Below the pieces are notes generated by a model that did not search any database, was not told where the DNA came from, and worked only from the letters and a program-made list of their open reading frames with translations. The position numbers were made by a program, and so were the translations under genes. DNA of 64,000 bases from Perna viridis (taxonomy: Eukaryota). Position 1 is the stretch's first letter; every line of letters begins with the position of its first letter. The DNA lies in assembly GCA_037379345.1 (NCBI GenBank), contig CM074523.1, forward strand, positions 18,048,551-18,112,550. The letters run 5' to 3'. Positions 51,024 through 64,000 of the stretch are shown here, piece after piece.

Positions 51024-51429
51024 TTAAGAAGCACTACAGCTAAGAATTATGCAAAATTTGATTCATGGATTAAAAGCCTACATATTTTTATTTTTGATAT
51101 TTTGATTGAATTACCATAGCAAACAGAAATTATCATTAAATTTTTCATATAACCTGTGTTCTTAAAGAATAAAAATTATATATAATGCACTGTAGATTTC
51201 AAACTTAAGGGAGATAACTCTGTAAATGTCACTCAAATGCAATAGAATCTATTGGATTTTCAATGTTGATTACCTCCTAAGAGCAGGCAGATTTGAATGA
51301 ATAATTACATATTTCACAGTATAGACCCATAAAACAACTTAATTACAACAATAAAAATATGTAGCCTTTTTGGGGATGTATCACATTTTTTTCAGATTTT
51401 GCATGATTCTTACAAAGACAGTTACTTAA
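51024..51429. mobile_element. GTAG..CTAC MITE copy (inverted)
   Basis: TTAA at both ends; homologous to 49227-49630. Confidence 0.8.
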
Positions 51430-52959
51430 TAACTCATGCAAAGTTCCCATTCCATATACAATCGTTATAATTTTTATCATACCATAACAATGCAAACTAA
51501 TACCGGTATGATAGATGGATAAGATAATGGAAAATGGGAATAAGGTTTGTAAATCTCGTCATGTGACTCCGTGGTTTCACGGGAATGGGTCCTAGTCTAC
51601 CATTCAAATGCATAGAGATTTGTCATTTTCAGAGCGTTGGATTCAGTATATAAAAGAAAAACATATTTTCGTGTGAAATACCAAGAAAAATGACAATTAT
51701 CTATTTCCACATGATTAGAGTGTTAAGAAAAGAGTAAAATAGAAGATTTTGCATTGTAGAACAACGTTTTGAAATCCCGGAAGTAAACAATAAAATGCAG
51801 ACCGGTCCTCGGATTTCAATACGTTCTACATCTGAAATTCCGGTAAGGAAAATGAAACTAGAACGAGACTTACAGACCCTTTAACGATAGGGGATTTCGT
51901 ATGGATAATGGGCTTTTTGCATGAGAAAATCGATATGTAAGTTATCAAGTTAAGAATTCATTTAATTTTTATCATTTCGTGGTTGAAAACTGAAATAAAG
52001 AAAAAAATTAAAAACATAAAATTTCAACTCATGTTTTAATATTATAACAAGAAGTGCAATGTAAATTCTCTATTTAAAATGGAAAGTGTACTTTGGAGGT
52101 AGGGGATTTAGATAGTGCGTAGGAATGGGGATTCTGAATGGGGGATAGGGAAATTAGTTTTTAAAGTGTTTTCTGATATGCTAAATGTATAAAATTAAAT
52201 TAAGATAACATTTTCATTGTCGAGGAATTTAAAAACGTAAATTTGATAAAAAAAAAATTCAATGGGGATGGGAACTCACAATGGGGAATTGAGTCGGACC
52301 AATAGAGAATGGGGATGGGGGTGGGGGGGGGGGCTTGTATACTGTGTAAATGGTAGGTTTATACCATTCAAGAGATGTATACTCATTTATAAGAAGAACT
52401 TGATTAAGATTTTTATAGCTATTTGCTGTTCAATTTGCTCAAAGTTATTAGTAATTTTTATTTAAAACAAAACAACATTGGAAATTTACTCACAACAAAC
52501 TAACAACATCATTGAAAAGACACCATAAACATATAAATCTTATCATCTACGAATGCACTGCAACAACTTCACAGAACATTACAATATGTCTATTACAAAG
52601 CGAATTGAATTAAGGTTTGTGTTTGCCTTCAAAAACGTATGATACCACCCCCACCCCCTCCCAAATTTGAAAACGGCATTATATCCACAAAGTTTATTAT
52701 ATCATAAATTCCTGTTAATATGTATTACAATATTTAATGTCAAAATACTTAGAAAGTTTTTTTTACATTTAGTGTGGTTTTAGTGTATACAAAAGTGTAA
52801 CACATAGACGGATAGATAGACAAAACTGTTTTCTGTTTTCACTATTAATTATTCACGGGAATTTTGATGTCTCTGAAATGTCTATTTGATACTTGAGTAA
52901 TTTATGACCGATTTGGTTAAAGACAAGAAACGTTATATGTATATATAGAAAGAACTTAC

Positions 52960-52999
52960 CTGGATCATTTGAAAGTTTTGATTTCAGTGGGAGATTCAT
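52960..52999 (-). CDS. MPP7: MPP7-like probable first coding segment (exon likely 52960-53042)
   Basis: ATG..MNLPLKSKLSNDP|gtaagt; phase 1 matches the next exon; gives about 571 aa in total. Start codon uncertain. Confidence 0.6.
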
Positions 53000-53132
53000 C
53001 TGCAACTTCTGCCATCGGATACTACACACTAACGCCCGCAACCTAGAACAATAAATACAACTAATAATGTTCATATTCAGTAACAATGGTACTAGTACTC
53101 CTGAACATCGAATACATTCTAACATGTTACAT

Positions 53133-53536
53133 GTAAGTAGCTGGCTTTGTAAGAATCATGCAAAGTCTACAGAAATGTGATACATCCCCACAAATGCTAC
53201 ATATTTTGTTTGTAATTGAGTTGTTTTATGGATGTATAATATGATATGTGTTATTATTTATTTCAATGTGCCCGCTCTTAAGAGATAATCAACATTGAAA
53301 ATCCAATAGATTTTAATGTATTTTAGTGTAATTTACAGAGTTTTTTCCCCCTAATTTTGAAATCTACAGTGAATTTTATATAATTGTTATCTCCTAAGAA
53401 CACTGGTTATATGAAAAACTGAATGTTAATTTCTGTTTACTCTGGCAATTTAAACAAAATATCAATCATAAAACTATATAGGCTTATTTACCCGTAAATC
53501 ACATTTAGCATTATTATAAGCGCAAGTGTTACTTAA
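53133..53536. mobile_element. GTAG..CTAC MITE copy
   Basis: Homologous to 20734-21146; shares its right TTAA with the next MITE. Confidence 0.75.
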
Positions 53537-53900
53537 GTACCGTCCTTCGTAAGAATCAGGCAGGCTTTTTTCTCTCAATTTGGTCTTTTTTGCCTAAAGT
53601 ATACTCAATATATCTAGTTAACAAACGGAATGCTATCTGAATGTATCCTGAAGCATCTGTGACGTAAAGAGATTTACTTGTTATCAAGGGGAAAGTGCGG
53701 AACATTTTTTAAACCATTTCTCCAAAGTGTATGTTAACTAAATTTGACATATCAGTATCAAATGTCAAGCTTTACAATCACTTTTATGATTGTTTCTGGA
53801 GGTAACCAGTTATAAATATTTGAATAATGCAATAAAATCTCTGCATTCTTTTTCTTTGTGTGCCATACTTTATATACATTTTGTCTGATTCTTAAACACA
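53533..53900. mobile_element. GTAC-type MITE (inverted)
   Basis: TTAA-GTAC..TAAGAATCAGGCA; homologous to 54578-54972. Confidence 0.65.
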
Positions 53901-54577
53901 GAAATCGAACTCATAGTAGCAGTAATCCTGTTACACCAGAAATAATCCGTACACATTAATTTCATGTTTAATGCATGTTGAACCTGTATGAACCACACGC
54001 CTGTCTAAACGTAACAAAATTTTCAATTCAAAAGAGGTTCTTATAGAGTTTTACTGAATAACACTGCGGAAAACAAACTTTCGTTTATTTTCTTGCATTT
54101 TTGTATAGTTCTACATTCTTGTAAGTACATAGATATTCAGAGTTTATATAATGCATCATGAGTAACCTCACAGAACATTTTCTGAAGAAAAAAATTACGC
54201 AAATTTTCATAACTTAATATGGGGTATCGTAATCATCATCCACACGTATTTTTTTTAATTGAAACGTGTGAATTTGATATCAGGTCGTAAATAAAAAATA
54301 CACTGCGTGAACTCCTAGTACTTTGAATTGATGATATGTTATGTTCCTATTAGTAACTGTACTGTAACATTATTATCCGTAATCACAAGAAGTAGTAACC
54401 TAATTGTTCCTATTACTCCCCAAGGTGTTCAGATAGAGTGTGATCGATAGTGGTATTTATTCCAATTATTCAAATTAGATTCAGCTGACCTATTTTTTTT
54501 TCTTATTCCCACGTCTGACTTACTGAGTGAAGTCGAGTTTTAATTTATGTAAGTAATGTATCTTATTTATTAACTAA

Positions 54578-54972
54578 TTAAGTACTTCTCCGTCTAAGAA
54601 TCAGGCAAAATGTGTATAAGGTGTGGCACATCAAGAAAAACTACACATATATTTTATTGCATAATCCAGGTATTTATACCTCATAACCTCAAGAAATTAC
54701 TGTCAAAGTGTTTGAAAAGTTTGCCTTTTTAAGAACATTGATAGGTCAAATCTAGTTGAAATGCACTATGGAAAAATGGTGGGAAAATTTTCCCGAACTT
54801 TTTCCTTACATAACCAGTCAAAAAATATCTACATTACCGATGCTTCAGGTTAAATTTAAATAGCTGTTCAGCTGTTTTCTAGATGTGTTGAATGTATTTA
54901 AGGCAAAAAAGACCAAATTGAGAAATATGATGTGCCACCCATTGCCTGATTCTTCTACAGAATGGTACTTAA
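54578..54972. mobile_element. ~390-bp TTAA-flanked MITE (GTAC..GTAC family)
   Basis: TTAA-GTAC..TAAGAATCAGGCAA / TTGCCTGATTCTT..GTAC-TTAA; a further copy lies at 56260-56632. Confidence 0.75.
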
Positions 54973-54985
54973 AGTGTAAACTTAC

Positions 54986-55190
54986 CCAAACCTTAATACA
55001 TTGTAATTAATACATATGTATATACTATATCGATCACGTTCAAATAGTATGAAAATATTTTATTAAAAATGATATTTAATACAGGACTATTTAAATGGTT
55101 GACTTCGGACCAATTAATATTAATGACGTCACAACCCCAAACCAGATCATATAAAATAACGTGATGTGGCTAAAGAAACACAACCAATCA
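54986..55190 (-). promoter_or_regulatory. Candidate MPP7 promoter and short non-coding first exon
   Basis: CCAAT box (55184-55188), palindromic CRE TGACGTCA (55124-55131), TATA-like TTTAAATA (~55088-55095), then a minus-strand G|GTAAGT donor at 54985. Confidence 0.35.
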
Positions 55191-58100
55191 GAAAGGTTGT
55201 TCCAAATCAAATTAAACTATTTTCGACTTTAATGAGTATCGATATATTTGGGACATGTATGGGTAGGTCTAAAACTAAACATTGGTAACAACAATGACAA
55301 AATAATTTCTTTTTCCTTTAATCGAAAATATTGTCTTTTGGTACCTATGCAATTAGGCTGTCTAGTTTTATTTGAAGACTAATGTTCTTATATTATCTGA
55401 TACGCTTGAAGTTGTAAAATTATACACGAATTGCAGTAATGACCAAGATGATTGGAAATTTTATATGATGATTTTAATTGGCTTAAAAGCTTTATTTCAA
55501 TGTTGCATGATATTGCAAATAATAGGACCGGATGAAGAAAGGCTTTTAATGCATAATATCAAATTTGTTGCGTGACTACATGCTATGAATTTGTACAACT
55601 CTCTCTCAGACATGACATTTCGACATTGATACAATGTGTCAAAACCTAATTGGTACCATAATCATCTCATGAAATAAGATATGTTGAAAATGCATATTAC
55701 ATATTTCAACACATACAATCATTACATAAGATTAAAAATGCGAGTTGATTGTCAGATTTTTTAACTTAAGAAAGTTCACTGAAGGAATTTTCAGCATGAG
55801 CTTTAGCAACGACTTGACAAATAATTGTCAACATAAAGTTGGACACGTTGTCGTGATATGCATGTTAAGAAAGAAACTATATATCGGAGAGGAACCAAAC
55901 GTTCTTACAATATATGTCCTAGCTATTTAAACCCACATACCCAATTTGAAATCAATACATCAACAAGAAGTCAATATCGGAGAGCAATAAAAATTGCTTA
56001 CAACATATGCCCAATCTATTCAAAGCCATAAACCAAAGTTATAATTAATCCTCCCATCGGATGTCGTGATAATCATTACGGAATATACAGACGGATGGAC
56101 AAAATGACGAGCGGACTTTATATATGAATCATCGTCACCATAACGCAAGTTATTGATGATTGCTAATTATGACATGACTTAAAGCTTGCATGCTACTATT
56201 AGTATTTACACAAGACATTAGCATTGTTTGTTATTATTTAATTCTTAATCTTACGGACATTTAGGTACTTCTCTGTCTAAGAATCAGTCAACATGTGTAG
56301 AAGGTGTAGCACATTAAAAAACAGATTTTATTGCATTAGTCAGGTATTTATACCTCATAAACTCCAAAAATAACTATCAATGTGTTTGCAAAGTGTGCAT
56401 TTTTGAAATATGGATGGGTCCATTTTTATTGAAATGCAGTATTAAAAAAATGAGGAAAGCAGTTTGCAATTTTACCTATATAAGCAGTGAAACAATATAT
56501 ATGTCACATATACTTCAGGAGCCCAGAGGGTAAACTTCAATTGTTTTATTTGTTTTCAATATGTATTGAATGTATTTGAAACAAAAAAGACCGAATTGAA
56601 AAAAATGATATGCCGCCCATTGATGATTCTCACCGGATCATATAGTTTCTCATTCATTCATGTACTGCTACCTGAATTGTAATATGAGTTGTTTAACAGA
56701 ATCAACCTAAGAGATTAAAAGTTTAAACTTTAAACATTTGTATAATCGATACTCACAGTACGGAATACCTGCATAATGTTTCTGTCAAAATATCAAGTGG
56801 ACGTGTTAACTAGTTGCAAAGAAATATGTATCAATACATTTGTGTACAGACGAACGCACGGACGGAAATCATGATCTCTATGTACCTCCTACAATGCGGG
56901 TTATAATTCATTCATTATCTGTATGCATGTAATAATCGTGCTCTGTTATGTTAAACAAAAGTGTCTGTATTTGGATGGGTTCAAATTATTCTGAATCTTT
57001 TAACAATCTGAGGTCGGGGTCAATAGTAATGTTCCATTCGTCATATTAATTGTATATATAAAGAGAAATTCGCTGCGAAACAAAATGCTATTAGTGTAAT
57101 GTGTCGGATAGAAAGCAAGTAATATGTATGATCTACATCAAATCAAATTGATTATTTTAGAAAAGCCGTCACTTTCAATGTGATATATACTCAATTTAGA
57201 CAAACTAGAATTTAATATTTTCAAATGAAATCGTGTAAATCGGTCAGATTTGTCCGGCGTTATACCGACAAAAATAAATACCCATTTTTCTAAGACATGA
57301 ACAAGATAAGTCATTCGATTCTTATTTCCGTTAAAGAATTTTTAAAAAAAATTCCGAATTATTCATTTTGTAAGTAAATTATATCCAATTTTAATACAGG
57401 TCATAATTAAAAACAACAATTATTCTTGAGAACGACAAAATTACAAATAAAATAGAATATTTGAAAATATCAAAATTTCAAATGAGGAGTAATCCATATA
57501 GAATTAAGCAAGGGTCTGTCACACAGACAATAATGGGAAGAAAGTGGAAGTGGATTGGGCATACATTGAGGAAAATTAACATTAATATGAACCGTCATGC
57601 CTTGTAGCGGAAACCCCAGAGCCACATAAAAAGACTAAAAAGCCGGGAGAAGGGATCTAACATCGCAATTTCTGATGATTTGGGAAGACCAGGGAAAAGT
57701 AAAGACGTTTGCCAAAGGCAGGAAAAGGAAGAGAGCAGCAGTTGGTGCCCTATATCCCCCAAGTCCTCTGAAAGCACTAAAAAATAATTGATGAACTTTC
57801 ACAATTTCGATAAAACATGATGCTATTGCACGTGAACCTCTTGTTCTTTTTTTTCTGAATGACTTATGGGGTCTCATATTTCGTATATGGTTTCAGGGGA
57901 TACACCAAATGAGTTACGTCCATTTTTTTCTAGTTCAACATTACATTGTTCTTGATGTTAGTACATATGTATACAGTTTTATTGGATATTGATTCAACTT
58001 TTTTTAATATAATATTCATCTCAAGAAGAATTTAAGTCTAGACATCAGAACAAAGACTGGTATGTCTTATAGTGCTATATCCAAAAGCAATTCAATAATT

Positions 58101-58603
58101 TTTTTGTTATTTCATGTCTTCAAAACAACATTATTCTTATTACTTTTACAACAAGTGTAATAGTTTTCATTAATTCTATTAATTAATTAATTTAGTCTCC
58201 TACAAGAAGAATGAAATTTACCTATTGGTCTTCCTAAGGTATTTTACGGGGCAGTTGATAAAGATATTTAAAATTTGCATCAGACATATAATGCAATACC
58301 CATTGATAGATTGAGATAAAGTTTACAATCTCTTTATCAATTGTCTACTAGTAAAACTGTCGATCATATTTCATCATGTCATCGTCTTTCATCCGAATGA
58401 CGTCAAACTCCTCCATTCAGTAAACTAATTAATTTGCAGTTATAAATTTGATTCCAATTATTTAATTTATCACACGCAATGTAATGTGATGTAAGAATAG
58501 GCTCTCCTTACTTTTAATCGTGCAAAAAAACGCTTTTTTTTCGACTTTCTAAACAACAATAAATCCTTCAGATAGTCAAATTTATGTTAGAAATTTATAT
58601 ATA

Positions 58604-58840
58604 TCCAAGGTTACAGAGGTAATCAAAAGAATGTAATCCAGGGACCAAGACCAGACATGGAAAATCGACATACACAACAAAGAACATAAAGTAACTAAAA
58701 TAATACATACAAAGTAACAAAAGCAAATGAGCAACTCGGACTCCACTAAAAATAGAGAGCATGGACCAGGTACACCAGTAGGGTAAGCGTCCTCTGCTTT
58801 TCTAGAAACACCCACCGAATTGCTCATAAAAAGTCCAATC
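58604..58840 (-). mobile_element. Penelope-like 3' UTR fragment
   Basis: Highly similar to 38890-39118. Confidence 0.82.
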
Positions 58841-58943
58841 TTTTATTTCACTATCGAGAAATGTGATAAACAATATCTGAACTTATCTGCAGGATTCGGG
58901 GCTACTTTTCTCATGTTTAAAGATAAAAATATGTTTTAAAATT

Positions 58944-59095
58944 AATTTATTAGAATTGGCAATAATTAAAAATTTGTCTGTTGAAGAATAACATTAATTG
59001 TTTATTGCACTTTGCGCAATAAATATATTGCACATGGAAAATTTATGTTATTTTTCAATAGACAAAATTTTTATTATTGCCAATTCTAATAAATT
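58944..59095. repeat. Foldback inverted repeat, ~50-bp arms
   Basis: AATTTATTAGAATTGGCAATAA..GTCTGTTGAAGAATAACAT versus ATGTTATTTTTCAATAGAC..TTATTGCCAATTCTAATAAATT. Confidence 0.85.
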
Positions 59096-59394
59096 CTTAA
59101 TTGGATATGATGTTTTGTCAAGCTCCACGCAGGTGCAGACGTTCGTTCCGTCTCTTACTAACCGCTACAGACGCTGTTTCGGGGCTTGACTTTTTGTGTA
59201 AGTTTTGTTTTGGCGCTTTTGAACGGCTATAAATATTGAAGAATACATTTGTTATGCAAAATATATAATATTCATGTATTATTATCATAGCTGTTCGTGG
59301 GTACACCATTTGGTGTGTAAAAGTTAAATAATTTATAGATTTGTAAATACGTGGAAATTATTTTGTTCAACGCAACAACTAATTACAGTTTCAT

Positions 59395-59779
59395 TTAAGT
59401 AGGTCTCCAGCTAAAAATTATATATAAAACGTAATGCATGGTTGGAAAGCCTGCATAATTTTGTTTTTGAAATTTTGTTTGAAATGTTATAGTAAACAGA
59501 AATTAACAAATAGTTTTTCAAACAACATGGGCTCTTAGGAAATAAAGATGATATAAAAAGCAATGTTGAATTGAGAGAGATAACTCTGTAAATGATACTA
59601 AGATACACTAGATTTAACGTGGATAATCTCCTAAGAGCCGACAGGTTGGTATGAATGATTATACATTTCATCAATTAGAACTATAAAGCAACTTAATAAC
59701 AAAAATAATAATATGTAGTTTATTTTGAGGGGTATCATTTTACAAAATTTGCATGATTTTTACAAAGACTACTACTTAA
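59395..59779. mobile_element. GTAG..CTAC MITE copy (inverted, diverged)
   Basis: TTAA-GTAG...CTAC-TTAA. Confidence 0.7.
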
Positions 59780-59887
59780 TATTTAATATTTCGGAGGAGT
59801 GAGAATTCTTATTTTGTTCAAAACTGAATATATAGGAAAATCGGTATCGAACCTACAACAGAATACTATGTGATGTTTGTATTACTT

Positions 59888-60152
59888 TTAAGTAGCTGTC
59901 TATGTAAGAATCATGCAAAATCTGATAAAAGTGATACACCCCAAAAAAGGCTACATATTTTTATTTTTGTAACTAAGTTGTTTTATGGGTCTATACTATG
60001 GAATGTGTAATTATTCTTTCAAATCTGCCTCCTCTTAGGAGATAATCTACATTGAAAATCCAGTAGATTCTATTGTATTTGAGTGCCATTTACAGAGTTG
60101 TCTCCCTTAATTTTGAAATCTACAGTGCATTCTCTATAATTTTTATCTCCTA
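59888..60152. mobile_element. GTAG..CTAC MITE, truncated copy
   Basis: Left ~260 bp closely match 20734-21005. Confidence 0.78.
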
Positions 60153-62844
60153 CTTACTATCTATATTTACGTCCATTATTAATACAAATATATAACATAT
60201 TAGTATATTACATGTACTTATCTTTCTTATATTTTAATATATGTGTTTATATTTTAATACCTCCAATCAACGAATGGGTGGAATATCGGAACACATTGTC
60301 CGTCCACCCAAATGTCGTTGCAATTCCCACGGCTCCGAAAGGGTGGATTATTTCAAATTTCGTGTTTTGGGCATACGTTTTTGGTGATTTTTGTTGCTAT
60401 CCGGTATCAACTTCCCGTACGTTTTTTTTCTGTCACTATTTGTATCATTATTTTACGAAATTAGATAAAGGCGTTCGAACGAAAGTGGCTGAATGAAACT
60501 GAAACGTAAAAAGAGAACGTTTTGCGGATACCAAAAACAAATTTGCGTCATGGACAGCATTATATAAAACTTCAAATTGTGAAAACGAATATGATCTTAA
60601 TAACTCCAGATTCAAAGAAAATTTCAAATAACCCAGTCGTACATAAGGACAATGAATGTATTCTTACTGATCAAGAAAACCATGAATGACAACATTTCTG
60701 TCATGTCAAAATTTGTTTATAATTTTCCTTCACAAGTTATCTCTATATGGCATTTCTGATTCCACTAATCAGCAATACCTCTTCCCACAATGCATCCGAT
60801 TATTTTATCCCCTTGAATTAGCAGTGCAGTAGTGCAGATAACAAATCAAATTATCTGACAAATTAGAAATAATTGAGTTTATTGTCCTTGTTTGTGATGT
60901 CATATCTTACTTTAGTGCTTTGGAGTCGATTTGTTTATAGTTTGGAGTAATTGCCAATATCTTAATTTACGGTTCAAGTACCGGTCTTGGTACGGATCAG
61001 ACATGAGGACTAAACTTTCAACCTAATGGTCTTTTTAACTAATAAATTCGCTCCTAAAATATAACTTATCAATAGTTGGTCGATGTCTTCCTCGAGACAT
61101 TTAGGAATCGATCAATAAAATGTATGAGTGTTTTGCATTTTGACAGTCAGTTGCCACTTAACTACTATATCTGACACAATAACTTAATTTTCCTAACCTT
61201 TATACCTTTGTTCTAACATCGCGTGTAGTTATATATATGACAAATATATGTTTTATGACTATACTTCCTCAAATATGCCTGTTAGTTACAAATAGTGATG
61301 CTTAATGCCTCCATTCAGTTAAACTTGACTTTCTCATCTTGAAATGACAGTTCAATTATTCATATTAATGTATTATTTGTCAGAGACATCTAATAGAACT
61401 TCAATCTAGTCAAAGCAAATCTATTCTAAAGCATGAAACTGTTTTAACAGTTATGCTGTCAAAAGAGAGGAAGCACTAACGATGCATGATCATTTTCTCT
61501 TGGTGCACATACATGCAATCTATATCATTGTGAAAGACTGTCGGTCCCTATGCAGTATCATGCTGTAACATGATAAATAAAATTTAGATTGTAATTAAAA
61601 TTGGGATTATTTATAATTTACAACAGTTGGCTGTTTTGCTTCACCAAGTGGACATAGATATTGTGCTCTCAAATGTTTATCAGACATAAAATTAGCATCT
61701 GAACGAGATATCTAAAATACAATTAAAATAATTAAGTTATGGTTTCAATATTGTACTACAAAACTTGGGCATGAATATAAAAATTGTAACTATATATTTT
61801 GAACAGTAATTAAAATATCTGTTCGTGTTAACTGTAGGATAGTCGATAAGGACGTGTGAGATGTACTGTAGTGGGTTTATTTTCCTTCGTTTTCGATTTG
61901 TTAAACTTTTTATATATATTTTCTACGTAACTCTATATAACGTGAACATTGCAAAATAAAATGAAATTCGTCCTCATAGAATAGTTCTAGATCCAGCTAC
62001 AGGTAGCAGTTCTGACAAATCTACATGTAGCAGTGGTGGCACGAACAGTTATACAAGTAGAGCCGGTTCTACTGCGTGAACTGTCAGAAGAGCTGGCTAT
62101 AGAACTGTTCTACATCTGCCATGGATTGTTTTCTGACAGTTCTAGGACAGTTTTGTGAGAGGTTAGAACTAATCTCATCTAAGTTAAGTATAATATGGTA
62201 TTCTAGAATTCATTTTATCTATCTATGCGGCTATCAAAGCTATATACAGTTCAGTGGTTTATCACTGTTTTGTAGACATTTAATGACAGTGTTGTGGTAA
62301 GCCTGTTGATAATGTTTTCTGAAACTATTCTCCCGAGGTCTGTAACTTGATGAACAATAATAATTTGCTGTAACTCAATCATACGATGGAATAATAAGAA
62401 TATATATTATATGGCCGAAAACAGAATTGTATGAAATTGTCCGTGAATACCCAGGCGAGAGGTGGCACGTGCCAAATTTTGTGTCCAGAAAACCTTCATC
62501 CATTTGAGATCATAAACTCAAGTTTTCTAAAAAAAAATATAATAAAATGAATATTGGTTGGTAATTTACTGAAAATGAAAGACTGAAATGAGTTACATAG
62601 AAAATACTAAAATATCTAAAATATAGGGAAATAAACATTTGATCTGCTTACCATTAAGTTGACTTGTTTTGGAACTTTGAACATATATTTAGAATCATCC
62701 TCTAAATCCATGATCAATCTGTCATAATGAATTTAACATCACATTGATTGGGACACAATATTTACCATGTGCCACCCATGATATAAGATCTATCTGGTTT
62801 CTATATGGACAGTGTGTTAACATTAATCAACATGAATTTACGTA

Positions 62845-63242
62845 TGAGTGAGTCTTTGTAAGATTCAGGTAATATGGGAAAAAGCAGAAACATGCATGTC
62901 AAAATCCCGCCCATCTAACAATATGTTTTCACTCATATATGAGTTCTCTGTTTTATAATACCACTATTTGATCTCTGTATCATTGGATTTGCGGAGGAAT
63001 TTTTCAATAGTATTTTAGAAAAAAATGAGGTTTTTGCCAGAGAGTTATCTGCCCATTGAAATGTACATTATCAGTGTGTATCAATGATATTATCACTTAA
63101 TTTACTCGAATGATATGGAAAACCTTGTCTTTCTTTCTTGATCTGATGGTACAAATCGTCAAAATATGCTTTCAAAATGATGTTTTATTTTCATACCATG
63201 TTTCTCCCACTGTCTGATTCTAACAGAGACTGACATTTAACT
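62845..63242 (-). mobile_element. Uninterrupted relative of the MITE at 1689-2823
   Basis: Colinear similarity across the point where the other copy is interrupted. Confidence 0.65.
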
Positions 63243-64000
63243 TATGAACATTAAATCACTAAGTATCTTTCTATCTGAGAGAAAAAGAAATGTTATATCT
63301 CCACCGCATATGGGAGAATGGCTAGACTGGTAGTATGGGAATCCGTGTTTTTTTAGCAAATAAATTCTAGCAAGAGTACCAAAAAAGGGTGTGGTTACAA
63401 GGAAACTACGTCATATGTCCACTTTTGAATCAGAATAACGTTCATGAAATTTTCCGCGCGTTATAAATGAAGGAACGATAAAGGACATGTTGAATGTGAA
63501 TGACGAATATCAAACAACCATTTCGCGACACTGTTAGTAGTTACAATGTAGTATGCTCTTGAATATGTACATTTGGTTTTGCAAAAAAAAATTAAGTTCT
63601 TCAAAAATATGGCTAAATGCATTGTTTGCATACTAGTAGTTAATTTTTAATGCATTTTTTTTTAAATTGGTAGTATAAAGTCTTCAAACATGGAAAATGA
63701 ACCAAGTATTAAAATAGTGTGAAAGCTCAATTATAATGACAAAGATACAAAATAATATGAAGGCTGAATTGCGACTATTTACAGGGAGCAACCTGAATAA
63801 AATAAGAGAGAATACGATACAGCATACTTTTTTCCGAAAGATTTCAATTGGGATTATTTTATTGCGCATTTCCGCTCAACAATTTGTCCTCTTTAACCTA
63901 ACATTTATGGATATTGTCATGATTCGTCAGTTTTGTTGGAAGGCAGTTTATAGATACCATCATGCAATGCTTTACTTGCTTCCGGTATCAGTGATCATAT

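Noticed and set aside
57595-57877. GC-richer patch with overlapping short ORFs
   Set aside because: No recognisable motif and no phase-consistent splice partners; cannot be supported as an exon.

Overview
AT-rich eukaryotic (metazoan) genomic DNA. The repeat families suggest a bivalve mollusc, but that is inference. I reconstructed two convergent intron-rich genes by hand from GT-AG boundaries, with consistent codon phase throughout. (1) + strand, 4572..32328: 21 coding exons, about 1,505 aa visible; the 5' end/signal peptide was not found and is probably upstream of the window. It is an unnamed extracellular-type protein: cadherin-like module, acidic linker ending in RVKR, five ~150-aa beta-rich repeats, a DUF11-like Ig module, an F5/8 type C (discoidin)-like domain and two Asp-box motifs, with no visible TM helix. 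(2) - strand, 52999..34784: 16 coding exons, about 571 aa, an MPP7-like MAGUK p55 scaffold (L27-L27-PDZ-SH3-GK). Introns and flanks are full of Penelope-like (Naiad-type) 3' fragments, SINEs, TTAA- and TA-flanked MITEs, a Helentron-type non-autonomous element and minisatellites. The main oddities are two tandem repeats that multiply splice donors of the + gene, a retroelement end that forms a splice acceptor of MPP7, and a conserved structured 3' motif in the Penelope-like family. Most short ORFs in the supplied track are spurious. No databases were searched; family names come from recognised motifs.
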